The notes below the pieces were generated by a model, which worked only from the letters and a program-made list of their open reading frames with translations, had not been told where the DNA came from and ran no database searches. A program made the translations under genes and the position numbers. Of a stretch of 64,000 bases of DNA, positions 18,165-26,647 are shown piece after piece (the stretch's first letter is position 1; every line of letters begins with the position of its first letter). The stretch lies in NCBI GenBank assembly GCA_039588275.1, contig JBDHAC010000007.1, forward strand, positions 12,672-76,671, written 5' to 3'. The stretch comes from Gemmatimonadota bacterium. GTDB lineage: Bacteria; Gemmatimonadota; Gemmatimonadetes; Palauibacterales; Palauibacteraceae.

Positions 18165-18890
18165 ATGTCCATGACTTCATCCGCGTCCATTCTCCTCGCC
18201 GCTTTGGCTCCGCTGAGCTGTGGTTCTCCGGTCGAGTCGGCCGCTCCGACGACGATGCTCTCGACCTCGCTCTTCTCGGGCGCGCACGCGCACGAAGTGC
18301 TCGCCAGCCCAGCCAACGCGCTCGCGACCCTGGAGGAGCTGTACCGCTCGGGGCTCACGTTCGACGAGTTCTTCGCGCAGGCGGATCGCCGCAAGGCCAT
18401 GTGGGCGGATCACTACGGGAACGGGGTCGTCTCGGAGGCGCTGCTCGACCGCGCGCGCCGCATCACGGGAACGTGGCGTATCCTGGCCGTCGCCGAGGAC
18501 TGGTGCAGCGATTCCGTGAACACGGCCCCTTACCTGGCTTTGCTCACGGAGCAAGCCGATGGGATCGAGATGCGGATCATCGACTCCGAGGCAGGACGCG
18601 AGATCATGGAGACGCACCGCACACCCGATGGCCGCGCGGCGACCCCCACGATCCTGATCCTCGACGAGGAGTTCACGCAGGTCGGCTGCTGGGTCGAGCG
18701 TCCGGCAGACCTGCAGACATGGGCCCTCGAGAATCGCTCGAAGCTCGAGGATGAGGAGTTCCTCGACCGGAAGATGGCCTGGTATCGGGAGGACGGCGGC
18801 GAGGCCACGGTGTCCGAGATCCTCGGCCTGATCGAGGCTGCCGCGTCTGGAACGCCAATCTGCGGAGCCCGGTCGATCGAGCCAGGCTAG
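18165..18890 (+). CDS. Thioredoxin-fold family lipoprotein (CxxS active-site variant)
   Basis: It has a lipobox (LAALAPLSCG) and a thioredoxin-like motif (AVAEDWCSDSVNTAPYL). Confidence 0.78.
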   Translation: MSMTSSASILLAALAPLSCGSPVESAAPTTMLSTSLFSGAHAHEVLASPANALATLEELYRSGLTFDEFFAQADRRKAMWADHYGNGVVSEALLDRARRITGTWRILAVAEDWCSDSVNTAPYLALLTEQADGIEMRIIDSEAGREIMETHRTPDGRAATPTILILDEEFTQVGCWVERPADLQTWALENRSKLEDEEFLDRKMAWYREDGGEATVSEILGLIEAAASGTPICGARSIEPG

Positions 18891-20068
18891 CCGAACGCGG
18901 ACAACCCCGTGACGTCGTGTCCGAGGATCAACCCGTGGATGTCGTGCGTCCCCTCGTACGTGTATACGGACTCGAGGTTGGCCATGTGGCGCATCGACTG
19001 ATACTCGACCAGGATCCCGTTCGCCCCCAGTAGTCGCCGCGCTTCACGGGCAATGTCGCAGGCCATGTTCACGTTGTTGCGCTTGGCGAGCGAGACCTGT
19101 TGCGGCCGCATCTTCCCGACGTCCTTCAAGCGTCCGAGTTGTAGCGCCAGAAGCTGTGCCTTGGTGATCTCCGTCAGCATCTCGGCAAGCCGCACCTGCT
19201 GGATCTGATACGCCGCGATCACCTGCTCGAACTGAACGCGATTCTTCGCGTATTCCAGCGCCTCACGGTAGCACGCCATCGCCGATCCGATCGCCCCCCA
19301 GGCGATCCCGTAACGCGCCTGCGTGAGGCAGCTGAGCGGGCTCTTCAGACCGCCGCTGTCGGGCAGGAGGTTGGCGTCGGGCACGCGTACGTCCTGGAGG
19401 ACTAGCTCGCTCGTATCGGATGCGAGCAGGGAGAGCTTTCCTTCCTGATCCTTCGCGGAGAACCCCTCGCGGGAGGTCTCCACGATGAACCCGCGAATCG
19501 AGCTCACGTCATCCAGGTCGCCCGTCTTCGCCCAGATGATCGCCACGTCCGCCATCGACCCGTTCGTGATCCACATCTTGGCGCCGTTCACGACCCACTC
19601 CTCTCCATCCTTCACGGCTCGCGTGATCATCCCGCCCGGGTTGGAGCCGAAATCGGGCTCGGTGAGACCGAAGCACCCAATCGCCTCACCGGTAGCCAGC
19701 TTCGGGAGCCACTCGACCCGCTGCTCCTCGCTTCCGAAGGCGTAGATCGGATACATGACGAGCGATCCCTGGACCGACGCGAAAGAGCGGAGGCCCGAGT
19801 CGCCGCGCTCGAGCTCCTGCATGATCAGCCCGTATGCCACGTTATTCAGCTCGGCGCACCCGTACTTCTCGGGGAGGTTCGCGCCCAGGAATCCGAGCTC
19901 ACCCATCTTCGGGATCAGATCGGTGGGGAACGTGTGCTCGACATAGTGCCGATTGATGATCGGGATCACCTCGCTCTCCACCCAATCCCGCACCATGTCT
20001 CGCACGGCTCGTTCCTCCTCGCCGAGGAGCGAGTCCATGTCATAGTAGTCGACGCCCTCGAAGCTCAT
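18887..20068 (-). CDS. gcdH: Glutaryl-CoA dehydrogenase (acyl-CoA dehydrogenase family)
   Basis: GcdH-like N-terminus (DYYDMDSLLGEEERAVRDMVRDW), with GCFGLTEPDFGSNPGGM and a C-terminal YTYEGTHDIHGLILG. Confidence 0.92.
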   Translation of the reverse strand: MSFEGVDYYDMDSLLGEEERAVRDMVRDWVESEVIPIINRHYVEHTFPTDLIPKMGELGFLGANLPEKYGCAELNNVAYGLIMQELERGDSGLRSFASVQGSLVMYPIYAFGSEEQRVEWLPKLATGEAIGCFGLTEPDFGSNPGGMITRAVKDGEEWVVNGAKMWITNGSMADVAIIWAKTGDLDDVSSIRGFIVETSREGFSAKDQEGKLSLLASDTSELVLQDVRVPDANLLPDSGGLKSPLSCLTQARYGIAWGAIGSAMACYREALEYAKNRVQFEQVIAAYQIQQVRLAEMLTEITKAQLLALQLGRLKDVGKMRPQQVSLAKRNNVNMACDIAREARRLLGANGILVEYQSMRHMANLESVYTYEGTHDIHGLILGHDVTGLSAFG

Positions 20069-20328
20069 ACCTCGATCTCTCCCTCGGTTTCTTGGATGCG
20101 GGTCGGATCGGCCCCGCGTCGAGTGCTCTCGCCCGGTCTGCGGACCTCGGCGGCTCGAAACAGGCGTACCGTCAGGGCGATGCCCAGTAGCGCCGTCAAC
20201 GAGCCGACGACGATCGCGGCGCTCCCGTAATGTCCCGGGTTGGCCGCGAGCACGAGGCCACCCATGACCGCCAATACGGTCAGCGGCAGCGCGTACAGAG
20301 CGGCAGGCCGGCTCCGCCTGTCGCTCAC
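20065..20328 (-). CDS. Small hypothetical two-TM membrane protein
   Basis: The GTG start lies in a GTGA overlap with the upstream stop, and its own stop overlaps the gcdH ATG (ATGA). Hydrophobic segments are [20 protein letters not shown] and [18 protein letters not shown]. Confidence 0.45.
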   Translation of the reverse strand: MSDRRSRPAALYALPLTVLAVMGGLVLAANPGHYGSAAIVVGSLTALLGIALTVRLFRAAEVRRPGESTRRGADPTRIQETEGEIEV

Positions 20329-20645
20329 CGAACGCGTCGCCAGCGCAGGTAGCCCTTGACGGCTTCGCGACCGATGCGAAATCCCAGGTAGTAGGCGGCT
20401 CCGAGCGGAATCAGCCACGCGTAGGCCGGAAGGAACTCGGCCTTGTCCAGCTGCCACACCCAGATCGCGAACGGAACCACGATGAGGGTGGCGATCACGT
20501 GCGGGCTGATGCGCATCCGGCGCTGCATTCGGGGGCGACAATCCGCACACCACCCGTCCTCGTCCAGCGCCTTCTTCGGGTGCAGCTTCCCGCAGCCGTC
20601 GCACTGCGTGCCTTTGAAGTGCAGCTCGTCGCTTTGCTCCGTCAT
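20325..20645 (-). CDS. Zinc-ribbon (CxxC..CxxC) membrane protein, function unknown
   Basis: I trimmed the ORF to the ATG at 20645 ([22 protein letters not shown]...WCADCRPR). Two TM helices follow the ribbon. Confidence 0.6.
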   Translation of the reverse strand: MTEQSDELHFKGTQCDGCGKLHPKKALDEDGWCADCRPRMQRRMRISPHVIATLIVVPFAIWVWQLDKAEFLPAYAWLIPLGAAYYLGFRIGREAVKGYLRWRRVR

Positions 20646-20692
20646 CCCTCGTCCCGAAGTCAGGTGGCGTTCAAGGAGGCCGCTGCAGCCTC

Positions 20693-21718
20693 TCACCGGC
20701 CTGCCAGGTTCTCGATCACCGCGTCGCCGAACTCGACGGTGGTGGCCGACCCGCCGAGGTCCGGCGTGAGCGCGTCGCCCCGGAGCGTCCCTCGGAGTGC
20801 GGTCCGTACGCGCTTGGCGGTCCCGGTCTCGCCCAAATGGTCCAGCATCAAGCACCCGGCCAGCAAGATCGAACACGGGTTCGCGATCCCTTTGCCCGCG
20901 ATATCCGGCGCGGAGCCGTGGACCGCCTCGAAGATCGCCGCACGCTCGCCCAGGTTGGCGCCGGGTGCGAACCCGAGACCGCCCACCAGCCCGGCGGCCT
21001 CATCCGAGAGGATGTCGCCGAACATGTTCTCGGTGACGATCACGTCGAACTGGTACGGATCCAGGACCAACTGCAACGCGGTGTTGTCGACGATCCGTTC
21101 GTTGAACTCGACCCGGCCCTCGTAGTCCCGGGCCACATCACGACCGACCTCGAGAAAAAGCCCCTGCGTGTACTTGAGGATGTTCGCCTTGTGGACCAGA
21201 GTCACCTTCCGGCGCCCGTGCGACAGGGCGTACTCGAACGCGAAGCGGACGATACGCTCCGACCCGAAGCGCGTAATCAGCATCACGGACTCGGCCACGG
21301 CCCGCGGGTCGTTCTCCATCCCGATGAAGTGCTCGATCCCCGCGTACAACCCTTCGGTGTTCTCGCGCACGATGACGAGATCGATGTCGGGGTATCTGGG
21401 CTCGGGCAGCCAGGTGACCGCCGGGCGCACGTTGGCGAACAGATCAAAATGCTTTCGCAGGGCCACGTTCACCGAACGGAAGCCGGACCCGATCGGAGTC
21501 GTGAGCGGTCCCTTGAGCGCCACTCTCGTACGCTCGATCGACTCCAGGGTCGGCTCGGGCAAAGGGTCGTGCTGGCTCTCCATGGCCGTCATCCCGGCCT
21601 CGTGCTCGTCCCAGTCGATCGGCGCCCCCGCCGCCTCCAGGATGTGCACGGCGGTCTCCGCGATGGAGGGTCCGATCCCGTCCCCTGGAATCAACGTGAC
21701 CTGGTGCATCGATGCCAT
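20693..21718 (-). CDS. NAD-dependent isocitrate / homoisocitrate dehydrogenase family (beta-decarboxylating dehydrogenase)
   Basis: Motifs present: [60 protein letters not shown] and [15 protein letters not shown]. Confidence 0.92.
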   Translation of the reverse strand: MASMHQVTLIPGDGIGPSIAETAVHILEAAGAPIDWDEHEAGMTAMESQHDPLPEPTLESIERTRVALKGPLTTPIGSGFRSVNVALRKHFDLFANVRPAVTWLPEPRYPDIDLVIVRENTEGLYAGIEHFIGMENDPRAVAESVMLITRFGSERIVRFAFEYALSHGRRKVTLVHKANILKYTQGLFLEVGRDVARDYEGRVEFNERIVDNTALQLVLDPYQFDVIVTENMFGDILSDEAAGLVGGLGFAPGANLGERAAIFEAVHGSAPDIAGKGIANPCSILLAGCLMLDHLGETGTAKRVRTALRGTLRGDALTPDLGGSATTVEFGDAVIENLAGR

Positions 21719-21737
21719 CTACCTGTCCGCTGGAGGT

Positions 21738-22415
21738 TCAGGATGGGGCGAGCTGTCGCGCCGCCTCGAGCGCCAGCGACGTGAGCAACATGCGCGAGGT
21801 GGGCTCGGCGGGCTTGCCCTCGATGAACCCGTGCCACAGCACGGCGCTCCTGCGGATATCGATCACCGCCGCGAGCATGACCGCCCGACCCCACGCCTGC
21901 TCTCCCTCCGCACCGCGGGCCGCGACCACCTCGCGCTCTTCCTCGGTCGGCCCCCGGTACCAGACGAGCAGCGGGAGGACCACGATGCGCGCGTCGAACA
22001 GCGCTGCGAGCTGGCGCAGCTGAGTGTGGAGCGGCTCGTATATCTGGGCGTTCCGCTCCGGCTTGTTCAGGAGACCGTGGTACGCGAGACGTCGCGGGTC
22101 CACGCGGATCATCGGGTTCCGCTCCAGCCGGGCGGTGATGTCGTCGGGCATCGCCCAGCTTTCCGCGCCTTCCTCCTCGCCGAACGCGAACGCGAGCTCG
22201 GCGCCGAGCAGATCGCGCACTTCCCGATCGGTGCGCAGGCCGCCCAGCCAGGCGCCCCCTGCCGTCGGGCGAGTGGCCTGCACGGGAAGAAACACCGCCG
22301 GCACGCCGGCCGGGATGGTCGGAACGGACTCGTCCTGTGCGGCGGCGGGTGTAGTGTGAGCCAGCCCTGGCAACGTCGCGACGATGGCGGCGGCGAGTAT
22401 ACGGTGCGTCATCAT
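21738..22415 (-). CDS. Secreted hypothetical protein
   Basis: It has a signal peptide (ILAAAIVATLPGLAHTTPAAAQ). It sits 33 nt downstream of the LeuA-like gene and 19 nt upstream of the IDH-like gene. Confidence 0.62.
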   Translation of the reverse strand: MMTHRILAAAIVATLPGLAHTTPAAAQDESVPTIPAGVPAVFLPVQATRPTAGGAWLGGLRTDREVRDLLGAELAFAFGEEEGAESWAMPDDITARLERNPMIRVDPRRLAYHGLLNKPERNAQIYEPLHTQLRQLAALFDARIVVLPLLVWYRGPTEEEREVVAARGAEGEQAWGRAVMLAAVIDIRRSAVLWHGFIEGKPAEPTSRMLLTSLALEAARQLAPS

Positions 22416-22448
22416 CCTCTTCTTCCTCCCATCAGCTTCTTCCTCCCA

Positions 22449-23687
22449 TCAGCCCGAACTACGCATGCGGGCGATCTCCGCCTCGATCTCGTCCCGCGTC
22501 AGCGTGTGGTCACACCGCTTCGCGAGTCCGAAGACCGCTTCGCACAGATCCTCATCGTGTGGGTCGTAGCCATGTTCCCCCAGCCAGTACTTCACGTTGC
22601 TCAGGCCCGAGACCGGGGAAATCTCGATTTGCTGGCGGCAACCCACCACCGATGCCGGAACCCCGCTATAGACGCAGTCCTCGAGCCACGGGTCACCCTT
22701 ACGCATCGCTTTGATGATCGCCGCTGCGTGCACGCCTGTCCCGGTGCGGAACGCGTCGGCCCCCACCACGGGATAGTTGTGCGGCACCTCCAACCCGCAC
22801 ATGTCGGCCGCGAGCCGGCAATAGTCGGGAAGCCGGGTGAGATCCGCTTCGTGCACGCCCAGGAGCTTCAGGTTGACGAGGAGCAGGTCCATCTCCGTGT
22901 TGCCGACGCGCTCCCCGATCCCAAGCGCCGTCCCGTGCACCCGATCCACGCCTTCCTCGATAGCGGTCATCGCGTTCGCGAGCCCGTAGCCACGGTCGCG
23001 GTGGCCGTGCCAATCGATCTTTGCCCGGGCACCGCTGTCCGCCACGATCTCCTTCGCGAAACGCACCAGCTGCCGCACGCCATCCGGTGTGGCGTGGCCC
23101 ACGGTGTCGGCCAGGCAAATGCGGGCCGCGCCGGCCTCGATCGCCGCGGTGTACAGGGCGCGGAGGGCCTCCGGCCGTGACCGAGTCGTGTCCTCGGTTA
23201 CGTACATGACGTCGAGACCCTCGCCGACCGCGAATCCTATCGCCTCGCGGGTCGACTCGAGGATGTGCTCCACGTCCCAACCCTCCGCGTACTGCCGGAT
23301 GGGGGAGCTCCCGATGAACGCTCCGACCTCGAGCCTCAGACCGGTCGCTTGCGAGACACGAGCGATCGGCTCGATGTCCGCTCGCACGGTGCGCGCCGCA
23401 CAGTTGGCGGAGATCGGGAGCCCTCCGTCGGCGATCTCACGCGCGAGCACCAGCACGGCATCGTACGCCCGGGGACCGGCCCCGGGCAGGCCGATATCGG
23501 CGGCGTGGATCCCGAGCTCCACCATCATGTGCAGAAGCTCGAGCTTCCTCTCCACGGGCGGGTCGGTCACGGAGGGGTTCTGTAGCCCGTCCCGAAGGGT
23601 CTCGTCATCCAGCTCTACCGAGGTCGAATCGTATTCGAAGCTCCCCGGGAGCTCGTTCCAGTCGTATATCAGGTCGTCGCGGTTCAC
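22449..23687 (-). CDS. LeuA/homocitrate-synthase family (HMGL-like aldolase-type synthase) without C-terminal LeuA regulatory domain
   Basis: I trimmed the ORF to GTG 23687, which forms a GTGA overlap with the upstream stop. Motifs: LDDETLRDGLQNP, LADTVGHATP and HGHRDRGYGLANAMTAIEEGVDRVHGTALGIGERVGN. Confidence 0.87.
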   Translation of the reverse strand: MNRDDLIYDWNELPGSFEYDSTSVELDDETLRDGLQNPSVTDPPVERKLELLHMMVELGIHAADIGLPGAGPRAYDAVLVLAREIADGGLPISANCAARTVRADIEPIARVSQATGLRLEVGAFIGSSPIRQYAEGWDVEHILESTREAIGFAVGEGLDVMYVTEDTTRSRPEALRALYTAAIEAGAARICLADTVGHATPDGVRQLVRFAKEIVADSGARAKIDWHGHRDRGYGLANAMTAIEEGVDRVHGTALGIGERVGNTEMDLLLVNLKLLGVHEADLTRLPDYCRLAADMCGLEVPHNYPVVGADAFRTGTGVHAAAIIKAMRKGDPWLEDCVYSGVPASVVGCRQQIEISPVSGLSNVKYWLGEHGYDPHDEDLCEAVFGLAKRCDHTLTRDEIEAEIARMRSSG

Positions 23688-24712
23688 GATCCCAGCCGGC
23701 TCGATTCGGCGCGCTGCGGAGACGGACGGCCACTCACCTCGGAGTGATCCCCGACGTTCACGCGTCCCTGTACGCCGTGGAGCCGCGCGTGGTCCCCGAC
23801 GAGAGAATCGTGCAGATCGCAGTCCTCGATCACGGTTCCCTCTCCCACGATACAGTCGCGGAGCCGGCTGCGGCGGACCGTGCAACCGGCCGCCAGGCTC
23901 ACGTTCGGCCCCAGCCGTACCTCTTCGAGCTTCACATCGGTCGCTACGGCGATCGGATCCCGTACCTCGATGCCCGAGAGCTCTCCGCCCGGAGGCGCGG
24001 CGTGACCCCGCTCGAGCATGGCTCGGTTCGTCTCGAGCACGGTCTCCGGCTTCCCGCAGTCGAACCACCCGCCGACTTCGGCCGTGTACAGGCGCGCCTC
24101 GCGGTCGATCATGTACTGAAACGCATCGGTGAGAAAGAACTCCCCCAGCTGCGGATCCTGGCCCATGACTTCGTGAATCCCTTCGAACATGAGCTCATGA
24201 TCGCGCACGTAGTAGACGCCGATGTTGGCGAGCTTGGAGATCGGCTCGCTCGGCTTCTCCACGATCCGGAGCATGTAGCCGTCCTCGTCGGTCACCACGA
24301 CGCCGAATCGCTGGTAGTCCTCGACCTCTTTGGCCCAGATGATCCCGGCATCGTCCGGACGCTCGCCGATCACCCTGAAGTCCGCCTCGAACAGCGTGTC
24401 CACGAACAGGATGAGGATCGGCCCTGACACGAATGGCTCGGCCAGTCGGATCGCGTCCGCCGTACCGAGCTGCTTCACCTGCTCGACGTAGCGCACCGGC
24501 ATCGACGGATATTCCCGCGCCAGGAACTCCTCGATCTGACCGGCCAGATGGCCGGTGATGCAGATCATCTCATCGACGCCGATGTCTTGCAGCTGCTCCA
24601 CCACGTAGCTGAGCACGGGTCGATTCGCCACTCGCAGAAGCGGCTTGGGGCGCGTGTGGGTGTGGGGCCGGACTCTTGTACCCTTCCCCGCCAGCGGTAT
24701 TATGGCCTGCAT
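23684..24712 (-). CDS. Sugar-1-phosphate nucleotidyltransferase with C-terminal left-handed beta-helix
   Basis: N-terminus MQAIIPLAGKGTRVRPHTHTRPKPLL, which is the G-x-G-T-R-x signature. The C-terminal region has hexapeptide-like repeats (VRLGPNVSLAAGCTVRRSRLRDCIVGEGTVIEDCDL). Confidence 0.9.
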   Translation of the reverse strand: MQAIIPLAGKGTRVRPHTHTRPKPLLRVANRPVLSYVVEQLQDIGVDEMICITGHLAGQIEEFLAREYPSMPVRYVEQVKQLGTADAIRLAEPFVSGPILILFVDTLFEADFRVIGERPDDAGIIWAKEVEDYQRFGVVVTDEDGYMLRIVEKPSEPISKLANIGVYYVRDHELMFEGIHEVMGQDPQLGEFFLTDAFQYMIDREARLYTAEVGGWFDCGKPETVLETNRAMLERGHAAPPGGELSGIEVRDPIAVATDVKLEEVRLGPNVSLAAGCTVRRSRLRDCIVGEGTVIEDCDLHDSLVGDHARLHGVQGRVNVGDHSEVSGRPSPQRAESSRLGS

Positions 24713-24888
24713 GTTTGCTGGAATCCTTCGACCACCCGCGGGTGCTCGTGCATGGGTTCGGGAATCGCCGGGCGCGGGAGCCGTGGATCATCCCCGCATT
24801 GGCCGAGCGATGGCGTCCGGCAACGTACCGTGGGGCGGTCGAGACGGTCAACCGGATTCGTTCGGAATCCCCAACACGCTGTCACACC

Positions 24889-25329
24889 GTGAGTTCTGCG
24901 CGCGACGACAACGTTCTGAGTGAGACGCTGCGGCGGTGGTTGAGCGAGAACGTCGCGGATACCCGGGCGGAGGGCGGGCCCGAAGGCCGGGTGTATGCGG
25001 CGCCCTTCGCTCAGGTGTGGGACGCGATTCTGGACCAGGTCGAGTCGCGCCGGGGCTGGGTCCTCGCGCACAAGGACGAAGAGCTGGGGATCATCACGGT
25101 ACGCTGCCGCACACCGGTCTTTCGGTTCATCGACGATCTGACGATCTGGGTCGGTCTGGACGAGAATGGACTGACCTGGGTAGACGTTCTGTCGCGCTCT
25201 CGAGTCGGCAAGGGCGACCTGGGAGGCAACCGGCGCCGGATCGTGCGCACTCTCTCGACGCTCGATCGGGCGTTGGGCCCGAATACGCGGCTGCGACAGG
25301 ATCGGGCGCGCGCGGAGGCGAGCGCGTAG
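24889..25329 (+). CDS. DUF1499 family protein
   Basis: Motifs FIDDLTIWV and SRSRVGKGDLGGNRRRI are typical of DUF1499. The GTG start at 24889 is a guess. The ORF is open from 24676, but that stretch overlaps the divergent gene. Confidence 0.65.
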   Translation: MSSARDDNVLSETLRRWLSENVADTRAEGGPEGRVYAAPFAQVWDAILDQVESRRGWVLAHKDEELGIITVRCRTPVFRFIDDLTIWVGLDENGLTWVDVLSRSRVGKGDLGGNRRRIVRTLSTLDRALGPNTRLRQDRARAEASA

Positions 25330-25330
25330 T

Positions 25331-25605
25331 AGCAGGCCGCTGCAGGACGTGAGTACGTCGCGCGCATGGGTCTTGTGAGTCGAAGACAAGGAACGAGGAG
25401 GAAGGCGATGCTCGAGCATCGTCGACGACGAGTGACGCCGTATTCGGCCACAACCCCATGCGCCCTGCGGGTTACGGCGGCGTGGGGGCATCTCCTGTGT
25501 TGTCGCTCCTCCCCGATGGCTCACGACATCGCGTCGTCGCGCCGCCTTGGATCTGCCCCCACGGCGCTCGTAACGCGATCCCCTCACGTCCTGCAGCGGC
25601 CTGCT
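25331..25605. repeat. 275-bp element bounded by perfect 23-bp inverted repeats
   Basis: AGCAGGCCGCTGCAGGACGTGAG (25331-25353) is matched by its exact reverse complement at 25583-25605. The interior contains a 16-bp palindrome, CGATGCTCGAGCATCG (25406-25421). Confidence 0.9.
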
Positions 25606-25645
25606 TAGGCCGTTGACGACCGCGACACTCTTACCTGCCAGACGC

Positions 25646-26647
25646 ATGTACGGTCTCGAGCTCTCGCGCGCGGCATTCGCTGCGGTCGCCGTCGGCCTGG
25701 GGCTCGCGTGCGCCGCGTGCGGTGACCCGCCCCCGATTCCCGAGGCCAGCGACACACCCGAGCTGACCGCCGCGAGCGCCGGCGCCCCCGCCGCCGCCCG
25801 CTACCTGACCACCTACGCGTTCACCTCCGCCGGGGGCGATGAGGCGCTCTATTCGACGTTCCGCAACGAGACAGGTGGGTCCCGGCTCGTCCGCAACTAC
25901 GCCGCCTGGCTGTCGCGGGAAGGATCGTGGACGCGGGTGCTCGGGGTGCAGGATTCGCTCCCCGTGCCCCGAGCAGGGTGGCGGCTTCTCCCCACCGACG
26001 CGCTCGGGATTCTGGTAGGGGACGGCGCACAGGTCGTGGGTCTACGCTTCCGGCGCGGCGAGACGGACGTACATCTGCGATTGGGGGACGAGATCGCGGC
26101 GTGGACCGGCGCCACGGGCCAGGTGCAGGCCCTTTATCTAGCAGGCCTCGAAACGGGAGAGGACCTGAGCGCGGGTTTCGTGTTCTTCCACAGAGCCGCG
26201 AGATCGCTCGACTCACCACCTGAGCCGACAGCGGACCGGGTATTTCTGCTCGCGGACACGCTCGGCAACGCACTCCTGATCGAAGCATCGGTCCAGCCCG
26301 ACGAGCCAGCGGTGGCTCGCACGTGGCTGCACGGGACCCCGGGAAGCTGGTCGGATGTAACGCTCGTGCCCACGTACTCGGACTCGAGCGAGGCGACCCC
26401 GGCCCAAGCCTCCGGCGACCCCGCCGCTCCCACGGATTCCGCGGATTCCGCGCGCGGGCCCACGGGCTGGCTGTTCGTCATCCCGCAGGCGGACCTGAGC
26501 GGCGAGCTGCGGATCACGCCGGAGGAGGACATGCCGGGACCCGCTTCACCGACGGCGCGCCGCGCCATCCGCATCTCCGGTGAGCTGGTCGCTGACGGGG
26601 AGTCGTTTCGCTTCCAGGGTCTGACCGTGGAGCTCCCCCTCCCGTGA
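25646..26647 (+). CDS. Hypothetical lipoprotein
   Basis: Start at ATG 25646 (MYGLELSRAAFAAVAVGLGLACAACG, with a lipobox). The stop overlaps the next gene's start (GTGATG). Confidence 0.68.
   Translation: MYGLELSRAAFAAVAVGLGLACAACGDPPPIPEASDTPELTAASAGAPAAARYLTTYAFTSAGGDEALYSTFRNETGGSRLVRNYAAWLSREGSWTRVLGVQDSLPVPRAGWRLLPTDALGILVGDGAQVVGLRFRRGETDVHLRLGDEIAAWTGATGQVQALYLAGLETGEDLSAGFVFFHRAARSLDSPPEPTADRVFLLADTLGNALLIEASVQPDEPAVARTWLHGTPGSWSDVTLVPTYSDSSEATPAQASGDPAAPTDSADSARGPTGWLFVIPQADLSGELRITPEEDMPGPASPTARRAIRISGELVADGESFRFQGLTVELPLP

Noticed and set aside
23688-24068. N-terminal 127 codons of ORF 22449..24068, the long version of the LeuA-like gene.
   Set aside because: It overlaps the C-terminus of the nucleotidyltransferase and is Arg-rich junk. 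GTG 23687 gives a GTGA stop/start overlap, and homology-like sequence starts there.
25366-25608. The 80-aa track ORF, or its 66-aa ATG version, inside the inverted-repeat element called as a confident CDS.
   Set aside because: It has a strong Shine-Dalgarno sequence, but the product is Arg/Ser/Cys-rich, third-position GC is low relative to neighbouring genes, and I recognise no family. It is kept only as a note within the inverted-repeat finding.
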